This document shows positions 48,835 to 58,931 of a DNA stretch of 64,000 nucleotides, one piece after another (within the stretch, counting starts at the first letter, position 1; every line of letters begins with the position of its first letter). Position numbers and translations under genes: made by a program. The notes beneath the pieces are model-generated. The model worked only from the letters and a program-made list of their open reading frames with translations. It had not been told where the DNA came from and made no database searches. Source of the DNA: Candidatus Omnitrophota bacterium (GTDB lineage: Bacteria > Omnitrophota > Omnitrophia > Omnitrophales > JACROU01); assembly GCA_029261035.1 (NCBI GenBank), contig JAJDCD010000010.1:142612-206611 (forward strand), in the 5' to 3' direction.

Positions 48835-49989
48835 TTATTCTTGTTTCGTTAACTGTCGTAGAGCATTGAGCAAAGATTCAATATCTTTTTCAGAATTAAA
48901 AAAACCTGGGCTAACACGAATGGTTCCTGTAGGAAACGTTCCCAAAAACTCATGGCACAAAGGGGCGCAATGAATTCCAGAACGAAGTGCTAAATTAAAA
49001 GATTGATCCAAAATAATTCCAACATCTGCAGGATCTAAACCTTCAAGAACAAAAGAAAGAGTTGCTGTGCTCTGCTTTACAGAATCTAGCCCAAACGTTT
49101 TAACCCCTTTAATGGACTTAAGACCTTCCCTCAGTTGTTTCATTAATTTAAATTCATGATCTCGAATAACATCAATTCCCGTGTCATAAACAAACTTCAA
49201 ACCTTCCGCTAAGCCAACAATACCAACGGTATTAGGCGTTCCTCCTTCTAAAACAAAGGGAAAGTCTTCAGGGTGAGTCGGGTTTTCGGAGCCCATCCCC
49301 GTTCCCCCTTCACGCCATGGAGTAATCTCTTCAACTCGCTTACCCACATAAAGGCCTCCTGTGCCCGTAGGCCCCAACAAAGATTTATGTCCTGGAAAAG
49401 CGAGTAAATCGATAAAATCTGTTTCAACATCAATAGGAAAAACACCAATTGTTTGAGCTCCATCAACTAGAAAAAGAGCTCCTCGTTCACGAACAATTTT
49501 TCCGATTTCACAAATAGGCTGTAAGGTTCCGGTAACATTAGAAGCATGGGTTAAAGCAACCAGTCGAGTTTTATGTGTAAAAGCCTTTCCAATATCCTCT
49601 GGATTAATCACACAGTCCTTATTAGGTTTTACTTTTGTCAATGTAATCACACCATCTTCTTCAAGGCTATGAAGCGGTCTCAAAACAGAATTATGCTCCA
49701 ATACAGACGTGATAACATGGTCTCCTTTTTTTAGAATTCCCTTCATACCCATATTCAATGCATCCGTACAATTTAAAGCAAAAGCAATACGTGAGGCATC
49801 TTGAGCTCCGATAAATTTCGCAATTAACGCACGCGCGCTTTCCACAGAAGCTTCTGCCTCAACAGACATACGATGTCCCGATCTTCCAGGATTAGCTGCT
49901 TCTTCTCTTAAAAACTTTTCCATACGCTCATACACGCGCGCAGGTTTTGGAAATGATGTTGCTGCATTATCTAAATAGGTAACACTCAT
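48835..49989 (-). CDS. Class V PLP aminotransferase, cysteine desulfurase family
   Basis: YLDNAATSFPKP, EHNSV, HASNVTG, DGAQ, GHK, EGGT.N, RSGIHCAP; start revised to ATG at 49989. Confidence 0.92.
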   Translation of the reverse strand: MSVTYLDNAATSFPKPARVYERMEKFLREEAANPGRSGHRMSVEAEASVESARALIAKFIGAQDASRIAFALNCTDALNMGMKGILKKGDHVITSVLEHNSVLRPLHSLEEDGVITLTKVKPNKDCVINPEDIGKAFTHKTRLVALTHASNVTGTLQPICEIGKIVRERGALFLVDGAQTIGVFPIDVETDFIDLLAFPGHKSLLGPTGTGGLYVGKRVEEITPWREGGTGMGSENPTHPEDFPFVLEGGTPNTVGIVGLAEGLKFVYDTGIDVIRDHEFKLMKQLREGLKSIKGVKTFGLDSVKQSTATLSFVLEGLDPADVGIILDQSFNLALRSGIHCAPLCHEFLGTFPTGTIRVSPGFFNSEKDIESLLNALRQLTKQE

Positions 49990-50078
49990 GATTCTTCCTT
50001 TTTTAATAGTGTTTAGCGTAGAGCGTTTAACCCTCACCCCAGCCCTCTCCCTGTTAGGTAGAGGAAAACCCTTGGTCA

Positions 50079-51122
50079 TTAAACACTGATATATTTTGAG
50101 TAGATCGATTTAGCTCGGGAAATATCATTTGTTCCCTTAATAATCGCTCTTCCATCTAAAAATAAAGTTAATTCGTAATCTTTTCCCGATTCATTAAAGT
50201 CACACTTTAACAAAAAAGCATTCGATGTAACTTTTCCAATGTGCTCTAATTTTTCTGCAATAATTTTAAAATCAATTTTCAATTGATCATCCCGACTGAT
50301 TTGAACCGCATTACGGCCACACAATGTGCTGGTCCGCATTCCTTTGTCACCAGACAAGTATTCAAATTTCTCTTTTTGACATACGGGGCATTCCGGATCA
50401 ATTTCTTGTTTCGTTCCAAAAACCTGAGAGCGTTTTTCCCACACATTATAGCTATAAAGCCCTTCCGTGGTCTGCTCTATTTGCCCAGATAAAATTTTAA
50501 TCGCTTCCATCGATTGTAACGAAGAAACAATATTTACAATAGGCGACAAAATTCCTGCCGTATCACAAGTAGGCGTTAATTCAGGTGGTGGGGCTGACTG
50601 AAAATAACAAGAAAGACACGGGGTCTTCTTAGGGATCACAACCATAGTTAAACCTTGATCCCCCACACAACCTCCATAAATCCATGGGATATTATGTTTT
50701 ACACAAGCTTCATTAATCGTATACCGAACATCAAAATTATCTGTTCCGTCTAAAACCAAGTCGCGGCCTTTAACCAAATTTTCAATGTTAGAATAATTAG
50801 CATCTGCAACAATGGCTTCTATATTTGCTTGGCTATTTATTTTCTCCAGCTTCTGCTTTGCAGCAATAGCTTTGGGTAAATTATTTTCAACATCTTCCTC
50901 ATTAAAAAGTACCTGGCGTTGAAGATTATTTAATTCCACAAAATCACGATCAACAATCGTTAAGTTTTCTACACCACAACGAACCAAAGTATTAGCAATC
51001 ACAGTTCCCAGAGCTCCGCAACCAATCAAAGTAACTTTACTCGACGAAATCTTTCGCTGCCTCTCTTCTCCAATTTTAGGAAAAAGATACTGACGTTGGT
51101 ATCGGGAAATATCTTTACTCAA
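50079..51122 (-). CDS. ThiF/MoeB family adenylyltransferase
   Basis: RYQRQ, GCGALG, DRDFVE..NLQRQ, PCLSC, TCDTAG, CPVC, LCGRNAVQ, DGRAII.GT. Confidence 0.9.
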   Translation of the reverse strand: MSKDISRYQRQYLFPKIGEERQRKISSSKVTLIGCGALGTVIANTLVRCGVENLTIVDRDFVELNNLQRQVLFNEEDVENNLPKAIAAKQKLEKINSQANIEAIVADANYSNIENLVKGRDLVLDGTDNFDVRYTINEACVKHNIPWIYGGCVGDQGLTMVVIPKKTPCLSCYFQSAPPPELTPTCDTAGILSPIVNIVSSLQSMEAIKILSGQIEQTTEGLYSYNVWEKRSQVFGTKQEIDPECPVCQKEKFEYLSGDKGMRTSTLCGRNAVQISRDDQLKIDFKIIAEKLEHIGKVTSNAFLLKCDFNESGKDYELTLFLDGRAIIKGTNDISRAKSIYSKYISV

Positions 51123-52254
51123 TTTCTTGTCCTCTTACAGCAGAGGTCAAAAGATGCGACTCTTCTGACTTCTGAAAAGAATATACGGTATCCCTTTGAA
51201 TGGGCACTTTTCCAATTTTCTCTATTCGTTGTTCAAACGCATCCACGCTCACATATTCCCCATGAGTTCCACCCGCATTACGCGTAATAGTTTCAGAATA
51301 AAGCGTTCCTCCCACATCATTCGCACCACATTGTAAAGACTGAATTGCAAAGTCCAGTCCCATCTTCACCCAACTAGTCTGAATGTTTCGAATTGTATTC
51401 TGAAAATAAATTCTAGAAACAGCAAGCATTCTCAGCTGTAAACTCGATCGATCTTGCTCGATGCCTTTACGTTCTAAAACACGTCCTAAAGGCGCATTGT
51501 CTGGCATAAAAAGAAGCGGGATAAACTCTGTAATCATTCCGGTCTCTTTCTGCAAGTCTCTTATCCTATTTAAATGCCTCACCCAATGCTTGGGTTCCTC
51601 AATATGGCCAAATAAAATGGTGCTTGTCGAATGAAGCCCTAATTCATGGCCACATTTAATAATCTCGATCCAAGTATCACTATTAATTTTCGTAGGGCAC
51701 ACTTTTGCTCTGATTTCATCATCTAAAATTTCCGCCGCCGTTCCACACATGGAATCCATTCCAGATTGAATAGAGTCTGCTATAACCTCTCGATAACTTT
51801 TTCCTGTCTTCTCAGAATAATAAGCAATTTCTTCTGGAGAAAAAGCATGACAATGAATTTCACGGTCATAATCTTTAACTGCCCTCAGCAAGGATAATGC
51901 TTTTTCCAAAGGAACCCGATCTGTAAGTCCGCCTTGATAGGTAATCTCAGTAATACCTTTACCCCGTACCTTCTCTACAATTCCTTCTTCCGATAAAACA
52001 AAAGCGTCTTCCTCATTCCCGTTTCGTCTAAAAGCACAAAAAGTACAATGCAACTCACACACATTAGTAAAATTGATATTCATATTATGAACAAAGCTAA
52101 CCACATTCCCATTTTGCTCTTCATTAATATAGTTCGCTAAATCAAAAACATCCTGAAGCAGTTCCTTATCTTCAATTTCAAAAAGATAAAGAGCTTCCTC
52201 ATTTGTGATGTCTTGATGATTTAAAACTTTACGTTTAATTTCCGGGAACATCAT
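51115..52254 (-). CDS. CofH/MqnC/MqnE-family radical SAM protein
   Basis: NINFTNVCELHCTFCAF, GTAAEIL, STILFGHIE, EFIPL.F, NIQTSWVK, GAND.GGT...E.I. Confidence 0.88.
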   Translation of the reverse strand: MMFPEIKRKVLNHQDITNEEALYLFEIEDKELLQDVFDLANYINEEQNGNVVSFVHNMNINFTNVCELHCTFCAFRRNGNEEDAFVLSEEGIVEKVRGKGITEITYQGGLTDRVPLEKALSLLRAVKDYDREIHCHAFSPEEIAYYSEKTGKSYREVIADSIQSGMDSMCGTAAEILDDEIRAKVCPTKINSDTWIEIIKCGHELGLHSTSTILFGHIEEPKHWVRHLNRIRDLQKETGMITEFIPLLFMPDNAPLGRVLERKGIEQDRSSLQLRMLAVSRIYFQNTIRNIQTSWVKMGLDFAIQSLQCGANDVGGTLYSETITRNAGGTHGEYVSVDAFEQRIEKIGKVPIQRDTVYSFQKSEESHLLTSAVRGQEIE

Positions 52255-52284
52255 TTTTCCTTATTTAACAAAATAACATTTTTT

Positions 52285-52396
52285 CGTCATTGCGAGGCGT
52301 TCAACAAAAAGAGTCGCGGCAATCTCAGGAAGAAGAGAAAATCTTATTTAGTCCGAGATTGCTTCGGCTCGTTCTACTTAAGGCCTCGCAATGACG
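52285..52396. repeat. REP/REPIN-like element (GTCATTGCGAG family)
   Basis: GTCATTGCGAGG..GCGGCAATCTC..GAGATTGCT..CCTCGCAATGAC. Confidence 0.85.
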
Positions 52397-52400
52397 AACT

Positions 52401-53471
52401 CTAACAAATGGAGAACATTTTTTCTAACGCGGCAATGGAATCTTTTTTAACTTCATCTTTAACAAATACTTCATTCACATTACCCAAATGATCTAAAGTG
52501 AAAAGTAAATTCTTTAGATTAATCTTAAACATATTAGGGCACAAAGAACGATCTAGTTCGATAATCTTCTTATCTGGATTTCGAATAGCGGTATTTCTTA
52601 CATGGTTAATTTCCGTGCCAATAATAATGGTGGCTCCCGGCTCGGCCTGAGCTACAAAATCATTAATAAACTTGGTGCTTCCTGCATAATCCGCTTCACG
52701 AACTACAGGCTCTGGACACTCAGGATGAACAACGATCGAAGCCTCTGGATAACGTTGTCTCATATCTTGAACCATTTTTGGAGTAAAGTGCGTATGCACA
52801 TGGCAAAAACCTTTCCATAACAAAACAGTGGAATCTTTAATTTTCTCTACAGACAGACCTCCGTTTTCTTGGTATGGATCAAAAATATTTAATTTCTCTC
52901 GAGGCACACCTAACTTCAAAGCAGTGTTATGAGCTAAATGTTGATCGGGCATAAAAAAGATTTTCTTACCTTGATTGAAATAATGAGTAAAGACCTTGTC
53001 ACAGTTAGAAGAAGTAACCGTGGTCCCCCCATATTTTCCGCAGAGTGCTTTAATTAAAACGGTAGAATTAATATAAGCAACCGGAACAATATTTTCTTCA
53101 CCCACAATCTTAGACACTTCTTCCCATGCTGTTTCCGCTTGATCAATTTCCGCAAAATCAGACAACGGGCATCCTGCTAAATGATTGGGTAAATATACTT
53201 TTTGATTCTCACTTGCCAACACTCGACTTGTTTGAGCCATAAAATGAACACCGCAAAATACAATATGTTTCGCATCCTTATTCTCTTTACCCTTTTGGGC
53301 CATAGCAAGAGAATCTCCTGTAAAATCAGCCAACTCCGTAATCTCATAACGCTGATAGTTATGAGCTAGAATGAGCAGATCTTTTCCAAGCTCTTTTTTA
53401 TGCGCTTTAATTCGCTCAATAGCTTCTTCATCGGTTAAGTTTTGAATATCTTCATTTACAAGAGTAACCAC
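52401..53471 (-). CDS. nadA: Quinolinate synthase A
   Basis: LAHNYQ, FCGVHFMA, AGCP, YINS, TSSN, PDQHL, CHVH, HPEC, GTE, CPNM. Confidence 0.95.
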   Translation of the reverse strand: MVTLVNEDIQNLTDEEAIERIKAHKKELGKDLLILAHNYQRYEITELADFTGDSLAMAQKGKENKDAKHIVFCGVHFMAQTSRVLASENQKVYLPNHLAGCPLSDFAEIDQAETAWEEVSKIVGEENIVPVAYINSTVLIKALCGKYGGTTVTSSNCDKVFTHYFNQGKKIFFMPDQHLAHNTALKLGVPREKLNIFDPYQENGGLSVEKIKDSTVLLWKGFCHVHTHFTPKMVQDMRQRYPEASIVVHPECPEPVVREADYAGSTKFINDFVAQAEPGATIIIGTEINHVRNTAIRNPDKKIIELDRSLCPNMFKINLKNLLFTLDHLGNVNEVFVKDEVKKDSIAALEKMFSIC

Positions 53472-53496
53472 AATTTCCTCCTACACGGGAATGAAG

Positions 53497-53595
53497 GTGA
53501 CTGTCACTTAAAGTGACTGTCACCGAGCTAAACTTCATCACAACTTCACAAGTGACAGTCACTTTGCTCTGCTTCTGCAGGCAAGTGACAGTCAC
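53497..53595. repeat. Cluster of four GTGAC[A/T]GTCAC palindromes
   Basis: GTGACTGTCAC x2 then GTGACAGTCAC x2; the spacer TTGCTCTGC..GCAGGCA is shared with the 21683-21778 cluster. Confidence 0.78.
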
Positions 53596-53599
53596 TAAT

Positions 53600-54976
<1,377 letters not shown>

Positions 54977-55118
54977 TCATCTAAATAGATATAGATACAC
55001 TTTTCGTGTGAATAGAACCAAGTATTTTATCATAAGCCCCTCTAAGGGTCCAATGAAAGCCTGTTAACGTCTTATAATGTTCTTTTTTAATGCCTCTCAC
55101 TCAAGAAAGCTAAGAATG

Positions 55119-56327
55119 TTAGGTGTTTTTGATTATTTCTCGGAGAACAGAGGTTGCATAGCAACCTTTGGGGAGCTCAAAAGATAACTGAACCCCTTTC
55201 AAGATAGGCTCCACTTCTATTTCTTTAATAGGAAACCGGTAAGCACGGCGGGTACCAGACAACTCAATTTTAGGAAAAGGAGATTTAAATATTTCTGGAG
55301 ATATTTCTTCTTCATCTAAAACCTGTTTTTCTAAATCCAATTCAAAACCTTTTGCCATTTTCATTTTTGGGCCAAACACAGGTCCGGACGGAGATATTTC
55401 AAAAGCATGACACCGTTCTTTTTCAACTTCAACTTCTTCGACATCAAACAACGCACGATTCGCAACTTTTTCGGCCACATCGCCTTCAAATAATTGACTT
55501 ATCGTTTCAAGCCGTTTCTCCAAACAGCGATTAAAAATATAGGATTGATAAGACGACATATAAAAATATTTCATTTTTCGTGGCAAATTAACAATAACTT
55601 TTTCAGCATTTTGATCTGTTTTAATCCAATCGTACAATAATCTTCTTTCCATCTTAAAAAAATGCGGCCATTGGCTTAAAGAGGGCTCCCACTTACCTTC
55701 ATCAAAAAGTTTTCTTGCCTCAAAACTGACATCCTCTGGAGCGTTATTTTCTGAAGCTCCTAAAATAATCCGAATCGCTTCTTCGTATTTTTCTTGAAGT
55801 AATGCTTTCCCGATTAAATGGTTATCCCCATAACGCCCGAAACGCTGCTCCCCAAAATAATTGGGAACACCTTGCTTTTCTAAAACCTTTAAAATATTTT
55901 GAATCGGCTCCACACTAGATGCCGCAATGTCTCTTAAAACAATCTGAAAACGATTTCCTCGAAGATGGCCTATTCTTAATTTGTTTTTATGCAACGAAAC
56001 CTGAAGAAACTTCAATTTGGGATGCTCACATTGTTTAAACTGTTCTTCAGTAACGAGCCTCAAAGAAAACCACTGTCGGGAAATCGCTTTTGCATCCTTT
56101 AAACCCGCATACCCAATCTCTCGTTCTTTAATTTTTAAACTCTCACAAAAAAAACGAACAACCTCATAAGTTGTGATATTTTGCTTCTCCACCAAAACAT
56201 AAAGATGCTCACCTTCTCCTTCTGGCAAATAAGAAGGGATTTCTTCCACAATAAAATCTGAGGCTTCTGATTTAAATGTTGCTGGAATACCCGGAATAGA
56301 AGATGTCAAATAAGGAAGGTTGTTCAT
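55119..56327 (-). CDS. truD: tRNA pseudouridine(13) synthase
   Basis: DFIVEE, GYAGLKD..A...QW, L.GNRF, PNYFG.QRFG, FELPKG.YAT..LRE. Confidence 0.94.
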   Translation of the reverse strand: MNNLPYLTSSIPGIPATFKSEASDFIVEEIPSYLPEGEGEHLYVLVEKQNITTYEVVRFFCESLKIKEREIGYAGLKDAKAISRQWFSLRLVTEEQFKQCEHPKLKFLQVSLHKNKLRIGHLRGNRFQIVLRDIAASSVEPIQNILKVLEKQGVPNYFGEQRFGRYGDNHLIGKALLQEKYEEAIRIILGASENNAPEDVSFEARKLFDEGKWEPSLSQWPHFFKMERRLLYDWIKTDQNAEKVIVNLPRKMKYFYMSSYQSYIFNRCLEKRLETISQLFEGDVAEKVANRALFDVEEVEVEKERCHAFEISPSGPVFGPKMKMAKGFELDLEKQVLDEEEISPEIFKSPFPKIELSGTRRAYRFPIKEIEVEPILKGVQLSFELPKGCYATSVLREIIKNT

Positions 56328-56384
56328 AGGGTCACTGGATCATGGCTTTCAGTCTATAGCTGTTAGCAAAATCCTTTTCTCTCC

Positions 56385-56424
56385 GTCATTGCGAGACAAT
56401 TGAAAATTAAGTCGTGGCAATGAC
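56385..56424. repeat. Collapsed or partial copy of the GTCATTGCGAG family
   Basis: GTCATTGCGAG...GTCGTGGCAATGAC. Confidence 0.65.
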
Positions 56425-56432
56425 AAAACCAT

Positions 56433-56981
56433 CTAACTTTCGGAAATTTCTAAAAAGAGGGTTGTTGCTAATATTAGATTAACGCCTCGATTCACATTGT
56501 TGGGTGTCTTTTTCATTAATACCTGAATATCTCTACACAACTTTTTGTTTAATTCTTGAATTTTTTTATCGTTCTCTTCACACAAAATCGTATTCACATC
56601 TACCTGATTAATAAAGGCCTCTGATTTAAGTTTAAAATTTTCCAAAATTAGATTAGAAAACACAGGCAAATCTTCATACGCCTTCAATTGAGGCTCTTCG
56701 TTAATATTAAAACTGAGCTGAGCTAATTGTTTCAACTTTCGATTAACAAGAAAATACTTCTGAAGCTCTTCAACACCTTCAAGGTAAGGCTCCGATATCA
56801 CTTTAAATTCTTGTTTCAGATTGAGAACCGTTACCTCACTGTGTTCGATCAGCTTAATTGCTTCATCCGCATAAGGAAAATGTCTCTGAAAGAGTGCCTC
56901 TTCGACTTTCTGAAAAGCCTGAACAGTTAGATTGTATAAGGATAAAAATTCGCTCTTAAATTGTGTTTGATTTTGAGACAT
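56433..56981 (-). CDS. Divergent PhoU-like all-helical protein
   Basis: Two helical halves resembling PhoU repeats, with poorly conserved acidic motifs. Confidence 0.5.
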   Translation of the reverse strand: MSQNQTQFKSEFLSLYNLTVQAFQKVEEALFQRHFPYADEAIKLIEHSEVTVLNLKQEFKVISEPYLEGVEELQKYFLVNRKLKQLAQLSFNINEEPQLKAYEDLPVFSNLILENFKLKSEAFINQVDVNTILCEENDKKIQELNKKLCRDIQVLMKKTPNNVNRGVNLILATTLFLEISES

Positions 56982-56999
56982 AATAAACTCGGAAATAAA

Positions 57000-57320
57000 T
57001 TAAACGGAGAAGGACTCTCCGCAGCCACAGGTTCCGGAAGCATTTGGATTGATAAATCTAAACCCGCGATTATTCAGTCCGTCCATAAAATCCAAAGTAA
57101 TTCCTTTTAAATAAAGATAACTTTTTGGGTCACAAAAAACCTTAACGCCATTAACTTCAAATTCATTATCATTCTCTTTTTTTGCGTCAAAGTCCATATC
57201 ATAGGAAAGACCCGAGCAACCGCCCCCCTTAACCAAAAGACGGAGTCCTAGCTCATCTTTTCCTTCTTTTTCCAACAATCTTTTTACTTCTTCCGCAGCT
57301 TGCGGTGTTACTTGAATCAT
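57000..57320 (-). CDS. iscA: A-type Fe-S cluster carrier (IscA/ErpA/HesB)
   Basis: GGGCSG.SY, NPNA..TCGCGESF. Confidence 0.92.
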   Translation of the reverse strand: MIQVTPQAAEEVKRLLEKEGKDELGLRLLVKGGGCSGLSYDMDFDAKKENDNEFEVNGVKVFCDPKSYLYLKGITLDFMDGLNNRGFRFINPNASGTCGCGESFSV

Positions 57321-57429
57321 TTTAATCTTCCCCCTATATTCAATACTAACCCCATCATACAGACCCAGTCAAGCCTATAGGCTAGATCTCTTCAAATTCC
57401 TCTGTCAGAATTTCATCCTAAAGAAAAAC

Positions 57430-57611
57430 AGATCCTTCGCTTCGCTCAGAATGACAACCTTCTAGAGTCATTGCAAGGTAAAAGCAAAAGGAGCCGTGGC
57501 AATCTCAGATGCTTGAAATCACTCCTTTTTCCCGAGATTGCCGCGGCTCACTTTTTAGACACCTCGCAATGACATTATTTTGCTTGTCATCCTGAGTGAA
57601 GCGAAGGATCT
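57430..57611. repeat. Nested palindromic elements: GTCATTGC-family element flanked by inverted GCGAAGGATCT-family arms
   Basis: Arms at 57430-57456 and 57585-57611 are near reverse complements; inner element at 57467-57573. Confidence 0.8.
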
Positions 57612-57636
57612 CTGAAAAAAGATTGTTTTAGCCTTT

Positions 57637-58800
57637 TCAGCTTTTCGTCATCAATCGTAGTTTATGAACAACCTCTATCACTTTATTTGAGGCATATTCT
57701 ATTTCTTCACGCGTATTGCTTCTCCCAATCCCAAAACGAATAGCGGCATTCGCAACATCCGTGCTTAACCCAATCTCTTTAAGCACATAGGAAGGCTCTA
57801 ACTTTTCAGAATCACAAGCGGAGCCGGACGACGCCCCTACTTCTTGGTTCAAACCTAGAAGCACAGCATCGCTCTCTGTATGTTCAAAACTCATATTTAA
57901 ATTACCGGGCAACCGATGTTCTAAAGATCCATTCACTCTAATTTCGTCTAAATTTTTCTCAAATTTCTCTAGCAGATCATTTCTAAGCTCCGTTATTCGT
58001 TTTATATCCTCTTCCAAATTTTCTTTTGCAATCTCACACGCTTTTCCGAAACCCACAATCCCAGGGACATTCATCGTACCTGAGCGAACACCCTCTTCTT
58101 GTCCTCCTCCATGCATTTGAGCGACCAAATGAACTTTTGGATCGTAGGACCGAACCCATAAAGCTCCCACTCCTTTAGGGCCATACATTTTATGTGCAGA
58201 AAAAGACATAAGATCCACATTTAATTTTTGTACATCAACGGAAATTTTACCCAAGGCTTGTGCCGCATCCGAATGCAACAGAACCCCTCGTTTTTTTGCG
58301 ATCTTCCCCACCTCTTCCAATGGCTGAACCACGCCAATTTCATTATTCGCCAGCATCACAGAAATTAAAATGGTTTTATCCATAATTAAAGAATTTAATT
58401 CTTCAACATCAATCAAGCCCTCGGAATTAACTCCAAGATAAGAAACTTCAAAACCTTTTTTCTCCAAATGTTTAAGAGGATCCAAAACAGACTTATGCTC
58501 TGTCGTTACAGAAATAATATGATTTCCTTTAGAAGCATATTGCTCGCACACCCCTTTCAAAGCCAAATTATTCGCCTCGGTAGCACCGCTTGTAAACACA
58601 ACTTCCCCCGGCTTTCCTCCAATAAGCTTTGCCAACTGCTCGCGTGCTTGCCAGACCAATTCACCCGCTTTAATCCCCCAAGGGTGCATAGAGCTCGCCG
58701 CATTTCCAAAGCTCTCCCCAAAACAAGGTAGCATCGCCTCAACCACTCGAGGATCTACCGGAGTCGTCGCATGATGATCTAAATAGATAGGTAATTTCAT
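57637..58800 (-). CDS. iscS: IscS/NifS-type cysteine desulfurase
   Basis: YLDHHATTP, FTSGATEANN, NNEIG, HSDAAQ, SAHKMYGPKG, RSGT.N, SSGSAC. Confidence 0.93.
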   Translation of the reverse strand: MKLPIYLDHHATTPVDPRVVEAMLPCFGESFGNAASSMHPWGIKAGELVWQAREQLAKLIGGKPGEVVFTSGATEANNLALKGVCEQYASKGNHIISVTTEHKSVLDPLKHLEKKGFEVSYLGVNSEGLIDVEELNSLIMDKTILISVMLANNEIGVVQPLEEVGKIAKKRGVLLHSDAAQALGKISVDVQKLNVDLMSFSAHKMYGPKGVGALWVRSYDPKVHLVAQMHGGGQEEGVRSGTMNVPGIVGFGKACEIAKENLEEDIKRITELRNDLLEKFEKNLDEIRVNGSLEHRLPGNLNMSFEHTESDAVLLGLNQEVGASSGSACDSEKLEPSYVLKEIGLSTDVANAAIRFGIGRSNTREEIEYASNKVIEVVHKLRLMTKS

Positions 58801-58812
58801 GGCATTCCTTTA

Positions 58813-58930
58813 TCTATTAGCGAATAGCGTAGAGCGTTTAGCGTATAGGAGTAAAACCCTCTCCTTATCAGGGAGAGGGGAAATTGAATTTGAATTACTA
58901 TACGCTCCACGCTAAATGCTCTACGCTATT
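58813..58930. repeat. Inverted heptamer arrays flanking a CCCTCTCC..GGGAGAGGG hairpin
   Basis: TAGCGAATAGCGTAGAGCGTTTAGCGTATAG ... CTATACGCTCCACGCTAAATGCTCTACGCTA. Confidence 0.75.
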
Positions 58931-58931
58931 A

